A stretch of DNA of 64,000 nt, from positions 1,550,001-1,614,000 of the forward strand of contig OZ024750.1 in assembly GCA_964016885.1 (NCBI GenBank), given 5' to 3'. This document shows positions 62,591-64,000 of the stretch, piece after piece; the stretch's first letter is position 1; every line of letters starts with the position of its first letter. Below the pieces are notes generated by a model. That model saw only the letters and a program-made list of their open reading frames with translations, ran no database searches and was not told the DNA's origin. Made by a program: the position numbers and the translations under genes. Source of the stretch: Eledone cirrhosa (lineage: Eukaryota).

Positions 62591-63929
62591 TTATACAAAA
62601 CACAAAACATGGTATGAAAGAAATTTAGCTTATAATACAAATATGAATGAATAATTAGACTCTAGATTAATGAGATATTTTGGACTAAGATTCCGTGGAA
62701 AATGCGTCAGATTGTGGTAATTATCTTATATAAAAACATTGGCATATTAGCTGTTTCTGTCGTATAAATATAAAAAAGAAAAGAATTATAAGGTAAAAGA
62801 AAAAGAAGGAAGAAAACAATTAAGGAATGTTAGAAAATGTTAATGAATTATAGTGTAAATGGTGAGTTAGGTTTGGAAATATAACAATGAGTATTTTTCT
62901 GATACAACGTACTTATCTCTAACATCATTACACTCAGCGGTAAGCTCTGTTTCATCAAAGCATTCTGCCGCATTTAGCAACTTCATTGACACCATTTAAG
63001 AAAACTAACTTCTTATCAATTAGTTCAGCATTTTCCAAAATGCATATCAATAAAAGAACAATAATTTTAATTTGTTCAAAGTTGAAATTTCAGTTTCTCT
63101 GTCTAGTTTTGCGTGGTTGACTTGAATAGTTTTGCATATTTCACGAGTTGCATCATACAGTATTTAGTAGAGGATTATTGAGCTCATGTTTTATCTTTCA
63201 AGAAATTTTATAAATATTGGAAGTACATGGAAATAAAAAAAGGACTGTGGAAGATATTACCATGAAAGAGAATAGAAAAAAAAGAAATGTGTGGTAAAAA
63301 TAAGAGGAAGACAAAGTGTGAATTCTGTTAATACAATTTGGCAGTTTAAAACAATATATTACTGTTTTGAAATTGTATAATTAAAACTTCATAATTTGGT
63401 ATTTACTAGTGTTAACTGTTCATACTAATTTTATATATGTACTCGTAACTTCCAGCGGAGTGGTAGGGTCAACGCAGTGACATACGGCGTTTCTTGGGCA
63501 CTTTTTATACCTGGAGGAGCTCATCTCTTCAAAACTGAGCACAGCCGAATTCTTCCAGAAATTGAGAGAGGATTGGTCGAGAAAGAAACATCAACCCCAG
63601 TATTCTACTGGCACTTTTTTTATCGACCTAATAAGTCTGAAGGCAAAGTTTACCTTGGCTGGAGCCGAACTTAGAGCTCAGAATCGGAACAAATACAACA
63701 AAGTAATATATCCAACTTTGAAACGACTCTATCATACTAATTAGTAAGTCGTATTTCCATTCTAATATTCTGAGTAATGAACATAACATAATGTTTTCTG
63801 GCAGAACATTTTCGACACAATCTCATTTCAAATGCTAAATAATTAATTCATAGTTGCGAACATGTAAATCCTAAAATATGCAATATGGCAATTTCTCAAC
63901 TATTTTGGGACGTTATTTAAATAAAACTT

Positions 63930-64000
63930 GGTGGATTGGCAGTATCGGTAGAGGGTCGGACGCCATGTTTTCCAGCATAGTTACGTCCCTTTACGATCTG
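63930..64000 (+). mobile_element. tRNA-derived SINE running off the window end
   Basis: GGTGGATTGGCAGTATCGGTAGAGGGTCGGACGCCATG head. Confidence 0.9.

Overview
AT-rich eukaryotic (animal) genomic DNA, very dense in (TA)n/(CA)n/(GA)n/(TATG)n microsatellites. The SINE family and overall repeat content point to an octopus or other coleoid cephalopod (my inference). Most ORFs in the supplied track are microsatellite artefacts. The best-supported gene is an unidentified minus-strand gene: Inr-like promoter near 30.8 kb, a noncoding exon, and a first coding exon at 28244-28500. The rest of the window holds over 15 copies of a tRNA-derived SINE, four head-to-tail copies of an internally deleted RTE-type LINE, decayed LINE/Tc1/pogo fragments, and several apparent pseudogenes (a Cys-loop-receptor-like remnant, two multi-exon plus-strand remnants, a vWA-like remnant). 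The most notable hidden signal is structured RNA: two near-canonical minimal type I hammerhead ribozymes of the Penelope-associated kind (3730-3810 minus, ~13995-14058 plus), several half or decayed hammerheads, a twister-like remnant and several fold-back inverted repeats, mostly in short cassettes embedded in microsatellites. All calls were made by eye, with no database searches or folding software.
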